A stretch of DNA of 64,000 nt, taken from contig MU619289.1 in the NCBI GenBank assembly GCA_025201805.1, forward strand, positions 1 through 64,000. Direction: 5' to 3'. The notes under the pieces were generated by a model, which was not told the DNA's origin, did not search any database, and worked only from the letters and a program-made list of their open reading frames with translations. A program made the translations under genes and the position numbers. Below are positions 25,362 to 38,850 of the stretch, piece by piece. The stretch comes from Parasitella parasitica NRRL 2501 (lineage: Eukaryota; Fungi; Mucoromycota). Numbering within the stretch: position 1 is the stretch's first letter; the number at the start of each line of letters is the position of its first letter.

Positions 25362-25780
25362 TAATTGTAAAACCACCAAACATCCACGCTTTCATAAATA
25401 TAATAAAATTTATAATGTATTTGTATCAATTTACTGCCAATTAGCCCCTTAAATTACAACTAGTGTACAAAGATCCAGCAAGCAGTAGCAGAAGGCACGT
25501 TATCCCACGAGGTAATATAAACTTCATAACATGCGTTTCTCATAGGCTATTCAGGCTTGACCAAAACCGGTGAAATCCGACAGGAATTCATGCTTTATTG
25601 TCAAATCAGCAATGACGATAGAAATTGTGAAACCTCTTTAAATGTTATGCTTATACTGTTGATCAATACGTCATTTGAATTGCACGAAATTTAGGTAGAT
25701 CTCACACACGTTGATTGGTAAAGTTTTTTTTCATATGCCATGTCAGGATGACGATCTTGATTTATGCAAGAGGTAAGAGC

Positions 25781-25790
25781 GTATAAAAAG
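25781..25790 (+). promoter_or_regulatory. TATA box
   Basis: gTATAAAAAg about 50 nt upstream of the ATG at 25836. Confidence 0.5.
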
Positions 25791-25835
25791 GTAGAAAACA
25801 CGCTTACACTACATCGTCTTTGAAAATTTTTTACC

Positions 25836-26285
25836 ATGAATTCTCAAAAACTGCCAGCAGAGGCTCAGTCAGGTACCCATCCCACCACAGCTAGCGAACT
25901 GGATCAACAAAGCGCTATCAACCAACAGCCTCGAAATGGAGGCGTCTGGATGAAAAAGCCCCAGGCTTCATCTGGCGCTGTCAAAGAACAAAAAGACAGG
26001 TCATCAGCTATATCATCGACGCCTTCTGAATACGGCTCGGACGACACCAGTAATCGTTCACCACATGCAGGCCAAAGTAATGAACGTCCTGTCGCAGACA
26101 AAGATGCCTTTATCCAATCTGATCTGGGCCAGCAGCATTGGCAATCAAGAATAAGCCCTGCTGAAAGAGCAAAGGAATTGGCTGCTGAGATGAATCAGAA
26201 TGTTGATCGTAGAAGAAGCTCTACTAGCAGCATTGGAGACAAAATCCTCAAACTTGGTGGCAAAAAAGAGTATAAACTTAATTAG
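25836..26285 (+). CDS. Small hydrophilic hypothetical protein (149 aa)
   Basis: ORF with good start context (accATG), upstream TATA, and AATAAA at about 26342. Confidence 0.65.
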   Translation: MNSQKLPAEAQSGTHPTTASELDQQSAINQQPRNGGVWMKKPQASSGAVKEQKDRSSAISSTPSEYGSDDTSNRSPHAGQSNERPVADKDAFIQSDLGQQHWQSRISPAERAKELAAEMNQNVDRRRSSTSSIGDKILKLGGKKEYKLN

Positions 26286-27404
26286 CTTCACCTACCGTAT
26301 TTCTCTTTATCCTTTATCCTCTAACCTAATCGTAATATTCTAATAAAGCACGAATTTCTATATCTTGAAAGAGGGGCTCTTTTTTTTTTTTTTGGTATCC
26401 ACTATGGGCATGTGGCACCCGGATAAAACAACGCATTTGTTAGAGCTGTACTAGCCTAGTAAACAAATATACGAGTATTGGGGAAGGATTGGCCATTTCT
26501 GATCAGATCAGAAGAGTTTCGCAGAGAGGCGTTTATCTGTTTCTAAATATTCAAATCCGAGATCAAATGCCCTCAACTTACAATATGAGTCCCTGTAATA
26601 ACTATTTGATCCATTTTAAAAGGGAAAAACCAACAAAGATTGCTTCTTCTACAAGCTTTGAAATATGAGTCCAAGCCTTGGGATCCGCCAAAAAGAACAC
26701 AAACTCTGTTAAAGCTGTGAAAAACAGGTACATTGGGAAGATCAACGTATAATACTCAATCGATAATGCATTTTACTGTGTCTCCATGACCTTAACATTA
26801 AATGTACGAAAAAAAAAAGGGGGTGGGGGTGGGGGGCAATTATTTTAGACCTACAAAGCTATCAGAGCCAGGCCTACTACCGTACTGTGCGTATGTTCAA
26901 TATCAAGTTCAAGACTTCAAGTCTAATCCGGTATAAGCATATCACATCTACAACTTGAGGGCTCAATTCTCAATTCCGTAGTTCTCTATTCATGCAGTCA
27001 TTGTATTCTTTATCTGGGCGTATCTCTTGGAACCCACAAGACTCGCATCATTTTACGTCGAAATCATCATTAGAATATTGGTTATACTAGCAGGTCTTTT
27101 TAAAAAAAACTGCTGTAATGAGTGTAGATGATCATTCCTATTATATACAGATTAACACCATGCATTATAGTCAAATATCCCATCAAAGCTAATGACAAAG
27201 GCTTTTATTCAGTATAAATACCGATATTGATACCACTCGAGTGTTCATTTCACTAAAGTCTCCTCAACAAAGGCTTAATGTATCTACACTGGCCTCCACT
27301 TCAGGTTCTTACACGTGATGTCCACCAATTTGTAAATGTCTGTGTTGTAAAAACAAGCTGCACAGGCTTTTCTCTCTTTCTCTCTCTCTCTTTCACCTGG
27401 ATTC

Positions 27405-30400
27405 ATGAATCGCTCAGACTTACCTGAATACGCAGAGGATGCGGCTATATTACGTTTTTATCATCTAGATTCCCTTGAACCTGAAGTTTGGGTTGATGAT
27501 GAAGAAAGCCCTGAAAACGGCCGCAAACAAGAAAAGGAATCAAGTCTTCAGCAGTTTCAACACCCAGAACAAGACAACTCTGTAAACACAGTACCAGTGC
27601 GGCCTTCAGAGAGTGATATCGACTTGCAAGTTATCGATGATAGCGACCCTTTAGGTGTTTATCCTTCCATCTTCCCAGAGTAAGAACAGCTGTGCTAGCA
27701 TGGCATTTTTTTTTTTTTTTTTTTTGGGCTGTGGTGCTAAAAAAAAACCCCCCATTTTTATTGTTCTTTTTTAGCGACATGTCCAGGAATACCAACATTT
27801 CGCAACTGAAAGAAAGTAAGCGTCTATCAAGTTGCATTGCATAGCGGGACTAACTGGCTTTTTTTTTTTTTTTGCCACTAGAGACGGCCATGATGATTAT
27901 GAACAAAAAGTTCCAACCTCGCCAATTTTTGCTTCGGGTCCACAAACACACTTCCTACAACGATCTAGTCTCTGGCGAAGAGCGATTGCGCAGAGACGTT
28001 GACCAGCGAGCCGAAGCTCTCAAGAGCCTCGTGCATCAGAATTTCGACCGATTCGTCAGTGCCAAGAATACTATTGACCACGTCTATGAAGAAATGAAGT
28101 CAAAGCAGTTGAACCAGCAGCAGGATTATGGCACTATCGGGATCCAAAGATCTTTGGATGGTANNNNNNNNNNAAAAAAAAAAAAAAAAAAAAAAAATTA
28201 CGCTTTGTGAAGCTGATTGTACGGCCAACTTATTGAATATTTTTGAGATTAGCTGCAAACACTCGCGCAGAGCAAATCTACGGCCCTGTGGTTGAAAGAC
28301 GCCAAAGAGTCGAAAAAGTGAGAAGCACCTTGTACATTTTACAGCGATACCGGTTTCTGTTCAATTTGCCAAGCAGTTTGCTGGAATCCATCAAGCAGGT
28401 AAAAAAGCACCAGGAGCAGCAGCAAGCAATGCGTGTCTCTGCGTCCAACTCATCCATTTCAATTAGACAAAATACGAAGCCGCGATCCGAGATTACAAAA
28501 AGGGAAAATACCTGTACCAGGTCCTCAAAGGCGATTTGGACTCAACAGAGAGATCGACAGGATTGTCCGACATGGAAAAGGACACTGGCCTGACAGATCT
28601 TCATCGCAAAGTGTTTGATAAAGTGTGGACAGAAGTCAGCAAAATTGTTGTTGAATTGCAAAACGTGCTGCTGAGGATGTTGGCCGATCCTTGGAGAAGT
28701 ATGGACGACCAAGAAAAGACAATCAAGTAAGTTTGACCACACCTGCAGATCAACACGGGCTAACAAACAAAAAATAAAAGCTCTTTGTTTGATTTGGATA
28801 CAACAGAAGATCCAGCTTGGTTCTACTTGGACAGTCAATACCAGTGGATTATGGGGTTAATGAAGGAAACGTACGATACAAGCACCAGGAAAATCAGCAG
28901 ACTAAAGTCAGAGGATGGTGATGCCGAAGAGTCCACCATCAAACGAAGCCTGGCGCTCAAAAAAGCGATTGAGCAAATACAAAAGAAGCTTGAAGAGCTC
29001 AACATTGAATCGTCAAGCGAGCTCCAGATCTGGCAGGCTATCTCTGACCTAGTCAAATCTCAATCCTCTCTGCTGCTTCGCTGTTTGCCCGACTTCTGGA
29101 GACTGTCTACAGCTTTTATCGAAGGAAAGTTTGCAAATAAAGCAGCGGCAGTGTCATCTGCGGGGCCAATGGGTGTTGCCACGGACACGCCCTTGTCCAG
29201 GCGGAGACGCCATGGCATGGACATGGGAAAAGTGGAGCAATGCCAGCGCATGACACAAGACATCATTGGAAGGTACGCATCTTTGATTTCAGAGTACTTT
29301 TCACTACACGAAAGACATTTGCAAACCAAGCAGACGATGGACGGTGACAAATATGTGATGCCAGCATTTGTCCCTATAAATGCCAATTCCATCTACACCT
29401 GCGAGTACTTGACGTTGATCATAGGCGATCTAGCAAACTGCGTCAACAATATCAACACCATAAACCTGGCCGGCGAAGCCTTTTCCGGGCTGACGGATTT
29501 GATGGAGAGGGCCAGGTCCAAGTTTGTAGATGTGCTTTGCAAGTGCTGGGAAAGAGACGCCAAAACTTTCTTCATGCTGGAAGAGTGGATCCTGGACCCA
29601 CAGAATCCACAATTTACTACGCTGCTGAAACGATACTACGACTATCACAAATTTTGTGCTAGATCAGCCCACAAGATTTCTAGCTTGACAGCTGTAGCAG
29701 CAGACATCAACGAGCCGGAAGAACGCATCATACCACCGAGCTACATTGAAAAGGTACGAGGCTCCTTTTTGGAATCAACATACACCTTTTTGGACGGCCT
29801 GGTTCAGCTGGCATTCACAGACTACACGCCACTCAACGAAAAGGACGAGCTCTTGCTAGCAAAGAAGAGAGAAAAGATTGACGTCCATTCCATGGTACGC
29901 CAAGATATTGGGCTGTGCGCTGAATTTTGTAAAAAAAAAACACTGAAAAAAAAAACACTTGCTTCCTTTAGGATGTTCGCATTTTGCTGACAGTCAGCAA
30001 CTTGGACCACATGCGGACTAATGTGATGCGAAAGTTGATTGACTTGTTTGAAGACGCATACCATGTCAAGATGGAGGAAGATTTACGAGTAAGGCGAAAA
30101 GTCGCAGCAGCCAAATGAAAGATAGTGCAAAATCTAACCGTGCGATTCTAGACGCTGATTGACGTTGTGGATCAGCTCGACGAGATTCTCTTTGGCGACT
30201 ACATCAAGCGGAAATCCCAAATGATCCGAGATATCATTAGACAAGGCATCCTTATGAGCGGCATCGATTGGTCGAGCATCCCCAAACCCCAAGAGGTGCA
30301 CCCATTTGTGTACGAAGCTTTAATCACGCTTGTCATGGTGCACTCGCAGATTAGCAGTGTGACCAAGCAGTTGGTGTCTAGAGCGCTGTCCAGGCTGCTG

Positions 30401-30730
30401 GAAGCCATGGCAAATGACTGCCTGGATAGCTTCAGACAGGTTGAACGATTCGGCATGGGAGGCATGCTCCAGGCTACGCTAGAAATCGAATTTATGCACC
30501 AAACATTGTCGCAATATGTTACGCCTACTGCATCAGATACCCTCCAATCCATTTATCAGACTATCGAGCAAGCTTATGATCCCCAGCAGCAGCAGTCTAG
30601 CAACCTTCAGTCCGAATTGGGCCATGTCAAGGAGCTCTTGGTATTTAGTCGAAAGAGTACCGTGGTTCAGTTTTTGTGCTTCAAGCAAAACAAAGATCGA
30701 AGCAAAAGGTCTTCTGCCGCTACAAAGTAG
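27405..30730 (+). CDS. SEC5: Exocyst complex component Sec5
   Basis: Eight exons (27405-27679, 27775-27815, 27882-28160, 28253-28398, 28467-28726, 28781-29894, 29972-30088, 30152-30730). Motifs LVHQNFDRFVSAKNTID, YRFLFNLP, GGMLQATLEIEF. Confidence 0.93.
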
Positions 30731-30866
30731 CCATGTTTAATAAATGCATTTCTACAACCAAGTCCCTTAACAAGTAGTGTACATCATGTAACACAAACGT
30801 GCTTTGTGTATTAGTTTTGTGGTGGTCGGATAACAAGTATACATGGATAACTAGCGCCCTGTATTC

Positions 30867-30900
30867 CACACACACACACACACTCACACTCATACTCACA
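30867..30900. repeat. (CA)n microsatellite
   Basis: cacacacacacacacactcacactcatactcaca. Confidence 0.8.
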
Positions 30901-31168
30901 TCCAGGCTTGCAAATGTGTATGATGCAATCTAACTAAATCAGATGGCACCGTTATCGAATGACAGAATAAAGATGAAAGGGGGCACAAAGGCAGTAAACA
31001 TTGCCCTTTTAAGGAAGATGTTGTTAAAGATCAAAAAAAGACATGGATACATGATTGATACGAATAAAAAGCAACGAGATACTTCTTTAGACAGGCGTGG
31101 TGTTCACTTCATTGTTCCCTCCTTCCGTTTCCTCATTTTTTTCTTGTATACATACATATTTATAAACA

Positions 31169-32364
31169 ATGAAGTTATGCTTGCACTTGGCACTACTAGC
31201 CCCGCTTTTGCTGATCATTGCGGCATCGATAGACTGTTCTCCAGTCATCTTTGACAATGAACTGGAAATCATTACACCCACAAAATCTCGTCGTCAAATT
31301 ACAAGCAACGAGAAAATAGATGTGTATCAGCTCCACAATACCGGAGGAGGAGGAGGAGGAGGAGGCTCTACAATCACCACTACAACGACAAGAGCGAGCA
31401 CGACAGCAACTTCAAAACCCCATCTTATACCCGTGCCTTCCTCGGATACAGGTAATTTACTGCAGTATAGTGCCAAAGCTGAAAACTAACCTTGTCTACA
31501 GCAAACATCTATGGCGGTAAAGGCATCACTCCACAGAATGGTGTTGCAGGCGCATTCCTCATTGTGCTGGGCCTCTACTTGCTGGTGTTTGGGTTCAGAT
31601 CTTTCAGGATTACACTGGGCGTGTGTGGTTTCTTGACTTTCGGCCTGATTACGTGGGTGGCAATGGCCAATAACCAACCTGTCTACGGTTATATCAACCA
31701 TGACATTACCATCATAGCTGTTCCTGCTGGGCTAGGTGTATTGGGCGCTATCATTTACGCTGTCTTTTGGAACATTTCAATCTATTTAGTTGGAGGTAAA
31801 TAGCAAGCCAGACATAGCCTGCTTCTACAGGTCTCAAGGCATTTCCTGACTAATTATAATACCTGTGTAGCTCTTGGTGGATTCACAATGGCCATGTATA
31901 TCCTGTGCTGCAAGGCAAACTTGCTGATTACTCAAGCGGTTGCCAGAGCAGCACTCTTGATTGCATTGTCGTTCTTCATGTCCTTTATCACCTTTTTTGC
32001 CGAGCGCTACGTTTTGCTTTTCACGTTTGCATTTGCGGGGTCGTACTGCTTTATCGTTGGCATTGACTTTTTGGCACATACAGGCTATCTGGCTGGTGCA
32101 AAATCCATCCTGGACGGAAACCAGTATCACAAGGTTGTCTATGCATTGACAAGGAATGTCATCATTTTGATCGCATTCATACCCATAATATTTGCAATTT
32201 CCTTTGGCTGGCAATTCATGTACAACAGGGGCCAGATGTTTGGCGTTGTGTTTACTGCTCCAGCGCCCAAAGACGGTCATAAAGCAGCAGCAGCAGCGCC
32301 ATCAGAAGAGCATGGAGAGCCTGCGCCTGTTGTAGATGAGAGCCAAGCACACACAAAAGAATAA
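31169..32364 (+). CDS. TMEM198/TM7S3 (DUF4203)-like multi-pass membrane protein with signal peptide
   Basis: Introns 31452-31501 and 31796-31870; GAFLIVLGLYLLVFGFR and GSYCFIVGIDF motifs. Confidence 0.8.
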
Positions 32365-32842
32365 AGTTTGTACAATACGCCGTGCTTCCCAATTACTGTC
32401 GCTGGCTAAATCATAATCGATGCTTAAAAAACCGCATTTTTACATGGATAAAAGCAATACCAAGGCGAGAGGCTGGCTAGCTGCCTCCTAAAAACCTCTT
32501 CTGTTGTATTTGTTGTAATTGTTGCTATATTTTAAAATCTTGGACTTGCGATATTGATTTTTCATGATTGGGCTGGCTGCGACATTTTTGCACTGTAATT
32601 TGTGGGGTAAACTAGGCAGGTTAACCATTTATCCATAGTGTGTGAAGCTTGAGTAATCATGATTATGATTGGATCAGTTCATTCTAAAACTGTTTTCCTG
32701 TTATTCTTTCTGTTTTGTTCTCTCTTCTTCGCTTTTATCCCAAGTATATACATAAAACAAAAAAACAAAAAAACAAAAAAAAAAAAAAAGAGTGAAAACT
32801 AAAACCAAAAAAAAAAAATAAAAACAAAAAAAACAAAACAAA

Positions 32843-34627
32843 ATGTCGCCAACCTCAACCGTACAACAGCAAAAGGTTCCTCAACGAAAAAAGAAGGCTG
32901 CCAGAGCCTGCGTTCATTGTCAAAAGGTATGTACACTTGTCAAGATAACCAAGCGAGAGCCCGGATTACTGATAAAATGTCATTTTGTAGGCGCATTTAA
33001 CCTGCGATGATTGTAAGTTTTCGGTATATCCAAGTATATAGTTTGTGACTCATTGGCTAACCGAGAGTGTCTAATAATAGCTCGACCATGTCAAAGATGT
33101 ATAAAGAGGGATTTAGCAAACACATGCACTGACGGCGCAAGAAAAAAAGCGAAATATCTCCAAGATGCAGAAGGTACGTATAACAAGTCATACATGCCTG
33201 TTGAATTCGATCTAACCAGAGAACGTAGACGACATGAGTTGCACATCGAGCGAATCAAGATATGCACCTGCTCCTAGTCAGCAATTAATGGATACATTCA
33301 ATTCGAACCCACATCAGTCGTCATTTCTGAATGGAGGTACAGTACGCTTAATAAGCTGCACTCGACCATAGATTCACTGATAGCATGTACCTTTACAGCC
33401 AACCTTATCGACCCTAATCAATTGCTAGGCCTGGATGACAACAACAACAACAACAGCAATCTTAACTATGGATTTGGATCGAATGCAGCCAATCTTGAAT
33501 ATTCAATCTTATCAAATATGCTAGGGTCTCCTCAATTTATAGACAATTCACAAAGCAAAAGTTGGAACGAAAATACTAATAATAACGATACCCAAAACAC
33601 ACCAACATCTACTGCATCAACACCCGCCTATACGCCTAATTTAGTAGGCGATCCTATTTTATACTCACCTCAACTGCATTCTGATCCAGCAACTTTTGCT
33701 ATTGCAAAACTAGATCAAAGCCCTAAATCAAATCTGGTGCTTACTCCACCACCTTCGTTTAAAAAGAACCACTTTCAGCAGCAGCAGCAGCAGAGAAATG
33801 GATACAGCAATGCGTCGAAACCATTCAGTTATGCGGATGGGTATCACTATCTTATCAACTATGTGAGACAAAAGTAAGTTCACGAGTGATTACGGCTTTT
33901 TGTGGATGTATGTGACTCTAATTCATTCACTATAGAATGGGAAGGGACGAATTGATGAGGATCAGTAAAGCATTGGCACTGTTCAGGCCTTCCGTATTGG
34001 CATCCATGATGAACTTGACAGAAGATGATCTAATTTTCACCGAGAAATGCTTGCAGAGAACTCTATTGGTAAATTTGCCGCAAATTATATTTTACTAAAC
34101 ATGGAAAATCTTAACCCTTGAGTCATTTAGGAATATGAAAAATTGATCACTTATTCCGGTACACCTACTGTTGTATGGAGGAGAACTGGCGAAATCGCAT
34201 TGGTTGGCAAAGAATTCTCGCTTTTAACGCAGTGGTCGAGAGATGCGATATTAAGCAAAAAGACCTATATTTATGAGGTATGTACGATTGAGCATACGTT
34301 ACTATAAAACTCACAGAATCCTAACTTTTACTTTTTTTTTTTTTTTTTTAGCTGATGAGCGATCCCTCTGCTGTCGAGTACTGGGAAAAATATGCGCTGC
34401 ATGCATTTGACAATACAGATTCAGCTGTATATAGTTCTTGCATTCTAATGAGCCCTACAAAGAGAGTGGTACCCTGCACTTTTTGTTTCACGATCAAGCG
34501 TGACATTTTTGATTTACCTAGTGTGATAGTTGGCAACGTAAGTTTTTGACATTTTCAGTTACATATACATATATACTTTTCTAACACCAACAATTTTGTT
34601 GAACAGTTTCTTCCTATCCTCAGTTAA
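32843..34627 (+). CDS. ERT1: Zn2Cys6 + PAS-like gluconeogenesis transcription factor, Ert1/AcuK family
   Basis: Nine exons. RACVHCQK|AHLTCDD|SRPCQRC...[12 protein letters not shown]; C-terminal [13 protein letters not shown] and [14 protein letters not shown]|FLPILS. Confidence 0.88.
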
Positions 34628-34677
34628 GCCCTTTAGATTTATCAATAAATTATTTATACAAAGCATTTGGGTTTTAT

Positions 34678-36808
34678 TTAAAAGTGTTGAGACATACTAT
34701 TCTCATTGTATAGATTACCCACTTCTTGTATCTCAAGCCTTTGCTGAATTTTCGCTTTTAGCTTTTCATTAGGAGTACTTGCTCTGATATTTAGAGACCT
34801 ATTGATGAATTCCAGAGCCTCTTGATAACATTCAAGCTCACAAAGAACCTCAGCCATTGTAGCCAACACAATAGGGTGTCTAGGATGCAATCTTACCGCT
34901 TCGTTCAAGAGAGTTTTAGCCTGTGTGTATTCCTCCATGCCCTGGTACGCAGTAGCCATGCCATACCATCCGATATACGATCGCTTGTTGGCAATCATGC
35001 TCTTTGAAAAGTGCTGCTTGGCACCTAGACTGTTCCCCTTTTCCCATTCTTCGTAGCCCAGCAAGGCATGTCCATACGATCGAGATGGATCCAGCTTGAC
35101 AGCTTTTTGAAACCACTGTGTAGCTTCGTTACCGCCTTTAACGCATTTAGCCCAGTTGCCAGCAGCAACGTATGCTTCAAACAGATGAGACCGATTATCC
35201 TTCATTTTGAATGCTAGTAAATTGAGTTCTTTTTCCTTTTCCAAGTACCATAGACACGTTGAATAAATGGGCACGCATTCACAAAACCAAGGCGCAATGA
35301 CAAACGATTGCTTGAAAAAGGCTCGAGCGCTCGTGTAATCTCCTGCGTCGTAGTAGGCTTTTCCAAGAATACACAAGACACGGGCTGAATTGTATTGCTG
35401 ATCGTCCAGCTGCTGCAATTCAAGAGCTGCATTCTCGCAATCATAGAATGACTGCCGCATATATCCATTGGCCAGGATACAAAGCACCCTCATGATTTTA
35501 TTCATGCCTTCGATGATGCGAGCGTCGGTTTCAGGGCTGTTGGTATGTTGACTACTGTAGGGCGGCGAGAAATAGCTTTCGAGAGCCTGGTATTTCTTCT
35601 GCTTGTTGTTGGCCTTTGCCTTCTTCTTTGGACGTACGCTCTCATCGATCTGCTCTGCTGACTGATTTCTCACCAATCGAGGGGGTATATTGTGCTGAAT
35701 CGACTCGTAGATTATCTTTTCCTCGGCGTAATTGACATCGTTTTCGTCGTTTTGGGCCAAATCTACTTTGAGTTTTTGAGGCGCTTGCACAGGCGGTTTT
35801 TTATGCAAGCCATGCTTGTTTCTGTAGGCTTCACTGACTTTCATCTGCTTGATGTCGCTTTTTATGCTGCCGAGAATGAAGTCCTTTTTGTGCTCAATGT
35901 CGCCCCTCTCATATTCGTCGCTGATATTCTCGTTGTTTTCATGGATTACCTTGGATGACAATCGCACAAGGGCTCGCAGCTGATCTACCGAGGTGTCATG
36001 GTATTCGTCTCTTAGCTCAGGCATCGACCAGGTATTCTTTTTGACCAAAGACGACGTCAGTTCGTTGTGAAATGAGATGCCTGACAAATCGAGCGATGGA
36101 GTGGCGGGCAAATAAGACTGCGATGATCGTGAAAGGTCAGTTGTGGCAGGATCAAAGTTTGTGAATATATCTTTGGGCAACTTTGCTGCTTTGAAATCTA
36201 TGTTGTCAGGCGCAATCTCACACAGTTTCATGTAGGCAGATAGTTTGTACGGATTTGACTTTAAGCAATCCCAGTAGTAGATAGATGCTGCTCGAATGTT
36301 GTCCAGTTTCAAATACAAGTCTCCCATCAAGTTGCATAACGATGCCTTGCTTGGCATGTGATGTCGTATCGTATTGCTCGCCAGCTCTATTTCAAAGATA
36401 TTTTAACAAGTGGCTATCTGTTAATGTGTATCAGCTTTTACCATCTCCCCAGTATGTGTTAGTAGGTAATTCCTTTGAAGAAAAGGCAAGACGGAGCGCT
36501 TGGACACCTTCGTCCCACAATATGCGTTGCTTCTCGTACGATTCTTCACTGTTTCCAAGCTCAAGACAGCTTTTGGCAAACAGGTTCAAGCAAGGGATTG
36601 ATTTCACAGATTTCAATATTGTATAGCTCGCATTGTAATCCAAGGAATGAAATAGACAGCAAGCATACAGAAACTGGTACTGCTGATTCGTATTGTCTAT
36701 CGCGTACAGCCTTTCAGAGAGTAGTATTGCATTTTTGTAGTCGCCATCATCCATATCTCGGTAAATCAGGGACATTAATGTCCAAGATTCAATTGAAGTG
36801 TCCTTCAT
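34678..36808 (-). CDS. Divergent Cdc27/APC3-like TPR protein
   Basis: N-terminal NAILLSERLYA (Apc3 dimerisation-type region); intron 36387-36441; C-terminal TPRs (YSTCLWYL, AAGN, GWYGM). Confidence 0.75.
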
Positions 36809-36979
36809 TTTGAACTGTAACGGTACAAATAATAAAAAGAGGAAAGTGTGATTAGACTCTCGACTCGCATCTCATTGACTTTTGACTCGATTATCAGTGG
36901 CTTGATGTAACATGTATGCAATACCGTAGACTTAATATTTTGTGTATTTTTCTTTTTTTTTTTTTAACCCTTTTTTGAT

Positions 36980-37246
36980 ATGTCTTCTATTGATAAAAAC
37001 TTAATATACCAACCAAGGAGAGCAGACAATGCTACGAAAATAAAGAGACAAGCTGCTGCAAATGCGCTCCAGCAATATTCATTATTAGCGCTACAAGCAA
37101 TCAAAGATGGCGAAGTAATAACAACAACAAAATCATTTATAAAAAAAGAAAAAAAAAGAAAAGACATTAATCAGTTTTTCGCCTAGAGCCCAGCAAAAAC
37201 ACGCTTGAAAATGATGCGGTACATATACTTGCCCATGTCGCCTTGA
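36980..37246 (+). CDS. Spliced 64-aa microprotein of unknown function
   Basis: Exons 36980-37114 and 37187-37246; phase-0 intron GTAATA...ATTAAT...CCTAG. Confidence 0.6.
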
Positions 37247-37614
37247 TATTCCTTGTATTTACTAATACGCAATCCCTTCTGATAGTGTTTTGACTGATTT
37301 ACCTACAGAGCTACCCAAAGAATCTTATGGTTCCATCAGAAAGAAATCTACAGGCCCCTCTTCACGTTAAAAATCGAACCGAAAAGTATCTAGACCTTGG
37401 CTGCATAGCAACCGCTGGAATCTCTTTGTTGTTAATCCCCTCGTTGAAGCTATGTATCCATAGATACCAACAGGATCTCTCCAAGTTGGGCCAATGAAAA
37501 CTATCAGAAAAAAAAATTTCAAGTTTTTTTTATTACAAATTCCATTTGTTTTGTTTCATCCTTTCTCTCTGTTTCGCTGCTTCCTATTTTGATTTACATG
37601 CTTTTTGTAATAAA

Positions 37615-38850
37615 ATGGCATCTTATCATACAGTTCCAGTGGAAGATCAACGCACTTCAGTGCCACTATTTCAGCCCCGGAAATCTCGTTCAGTTTTGGC
37701 AACGGTGATGCTGACGATTTGCATTGTTACATTTGTTTTGCAGACTGAACTTGCCCAATACGTTCAGAAAACCACCAACTATTCCAAGCCGTATTTTATA
37801 CTGTAAGTCTGCTACATAAAAACATATGTAAAAAGCATGAGAAGCTAAATTTGCTCTTTTATTCTTAGGTACATTAGCCACACATGTTATATATTTATGA
37901 TTCCATTGCAACTGATAGCAGAATATATCCAACACAACCACTCTAAAGATGCCACACTGTATCAGCGATTCATCGATACGGTAAACAAAAGCAAATCATC
38001 TGTGAAAAACTCTCTTCTCGAACTGCAATGCAGAGTTAAAGGAAATCAAACACATCCTCTTGGTTTTGTGATTAAAACAAGCATTTGCCTATCGATTTTG
38101 CTGACTTTGCCGGCCTACATATGGTACCTTAGTGTTAACCTCACTTCCATGTCAAATTTAACTGCCATTTACAACACTGGATGCTTCTTTGCCTACTTGT
38201 TTAGCATTTTGCTGCTGCATGATAGAATTGTGGCCGCCAAGGTAGGTGCGGTCATGCTGTGTATGGCCGGTGTAGTAGCCATGGCTTGTTGGCCTCAAAA
38301 GGAGCTGGATGGTGGACAAGATATACTGGAGGGCAAGACAGTAGGGGGAGACTGGGTCGGCATTGCGATCGCTTCATTCGGTGCTACTTTGTTAGGATTT
38401 TATGAAGTCTATTACAAAAAGTATGCGTCTCCTTCTGAGCCAACGATTTTGTTTGCTAATACAATCACGGGTATTATTGGCATTGTCACATTTCTGTTCT
38501 TTTGGATACCTCTCCCCTTGCTTCATGTCACTGGGGTTGAAACATTTGAGTTACCAGATCTATCCACTTTTGGATGCATCCTGGCTATTGCTTCTATGAG
38601 CGTCATTTATAATGCCACGTTTATGGCCGTCATTGCGCTTGTGAACCCGGTGTTTGCGGCTGTAGGTGTCATGCTGACTGTGCCTGCTGTAGCTGTTACA
38701 GACGTGCTCGTTACAGGTGTTATGGTCCCTGCTTCAACTATTGTCGGCAGCGTTTTAATCCTGATTGGTTTCTACATCTTGAATAAGCAAGTAGCGAACG
38801 AAGAGAAAATAGATCAAGATTTATCTTTAGAGGGTCAAGAATATCAGTAA
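37615..38850 (+). CDS. EamA/DMT-superfamily (SLC35F-like) transporter
   Basis: Intron 37803-37868; about 10 TM helices; YSKPYFILYISH and TAIYNTGCFFAYLFS motifs. Confidence 0.82.

Noticed and set aside
26819-26836. G5TG5TG6 as a G-quadruplex
   Set aside because: Only three G runs and no functional context.
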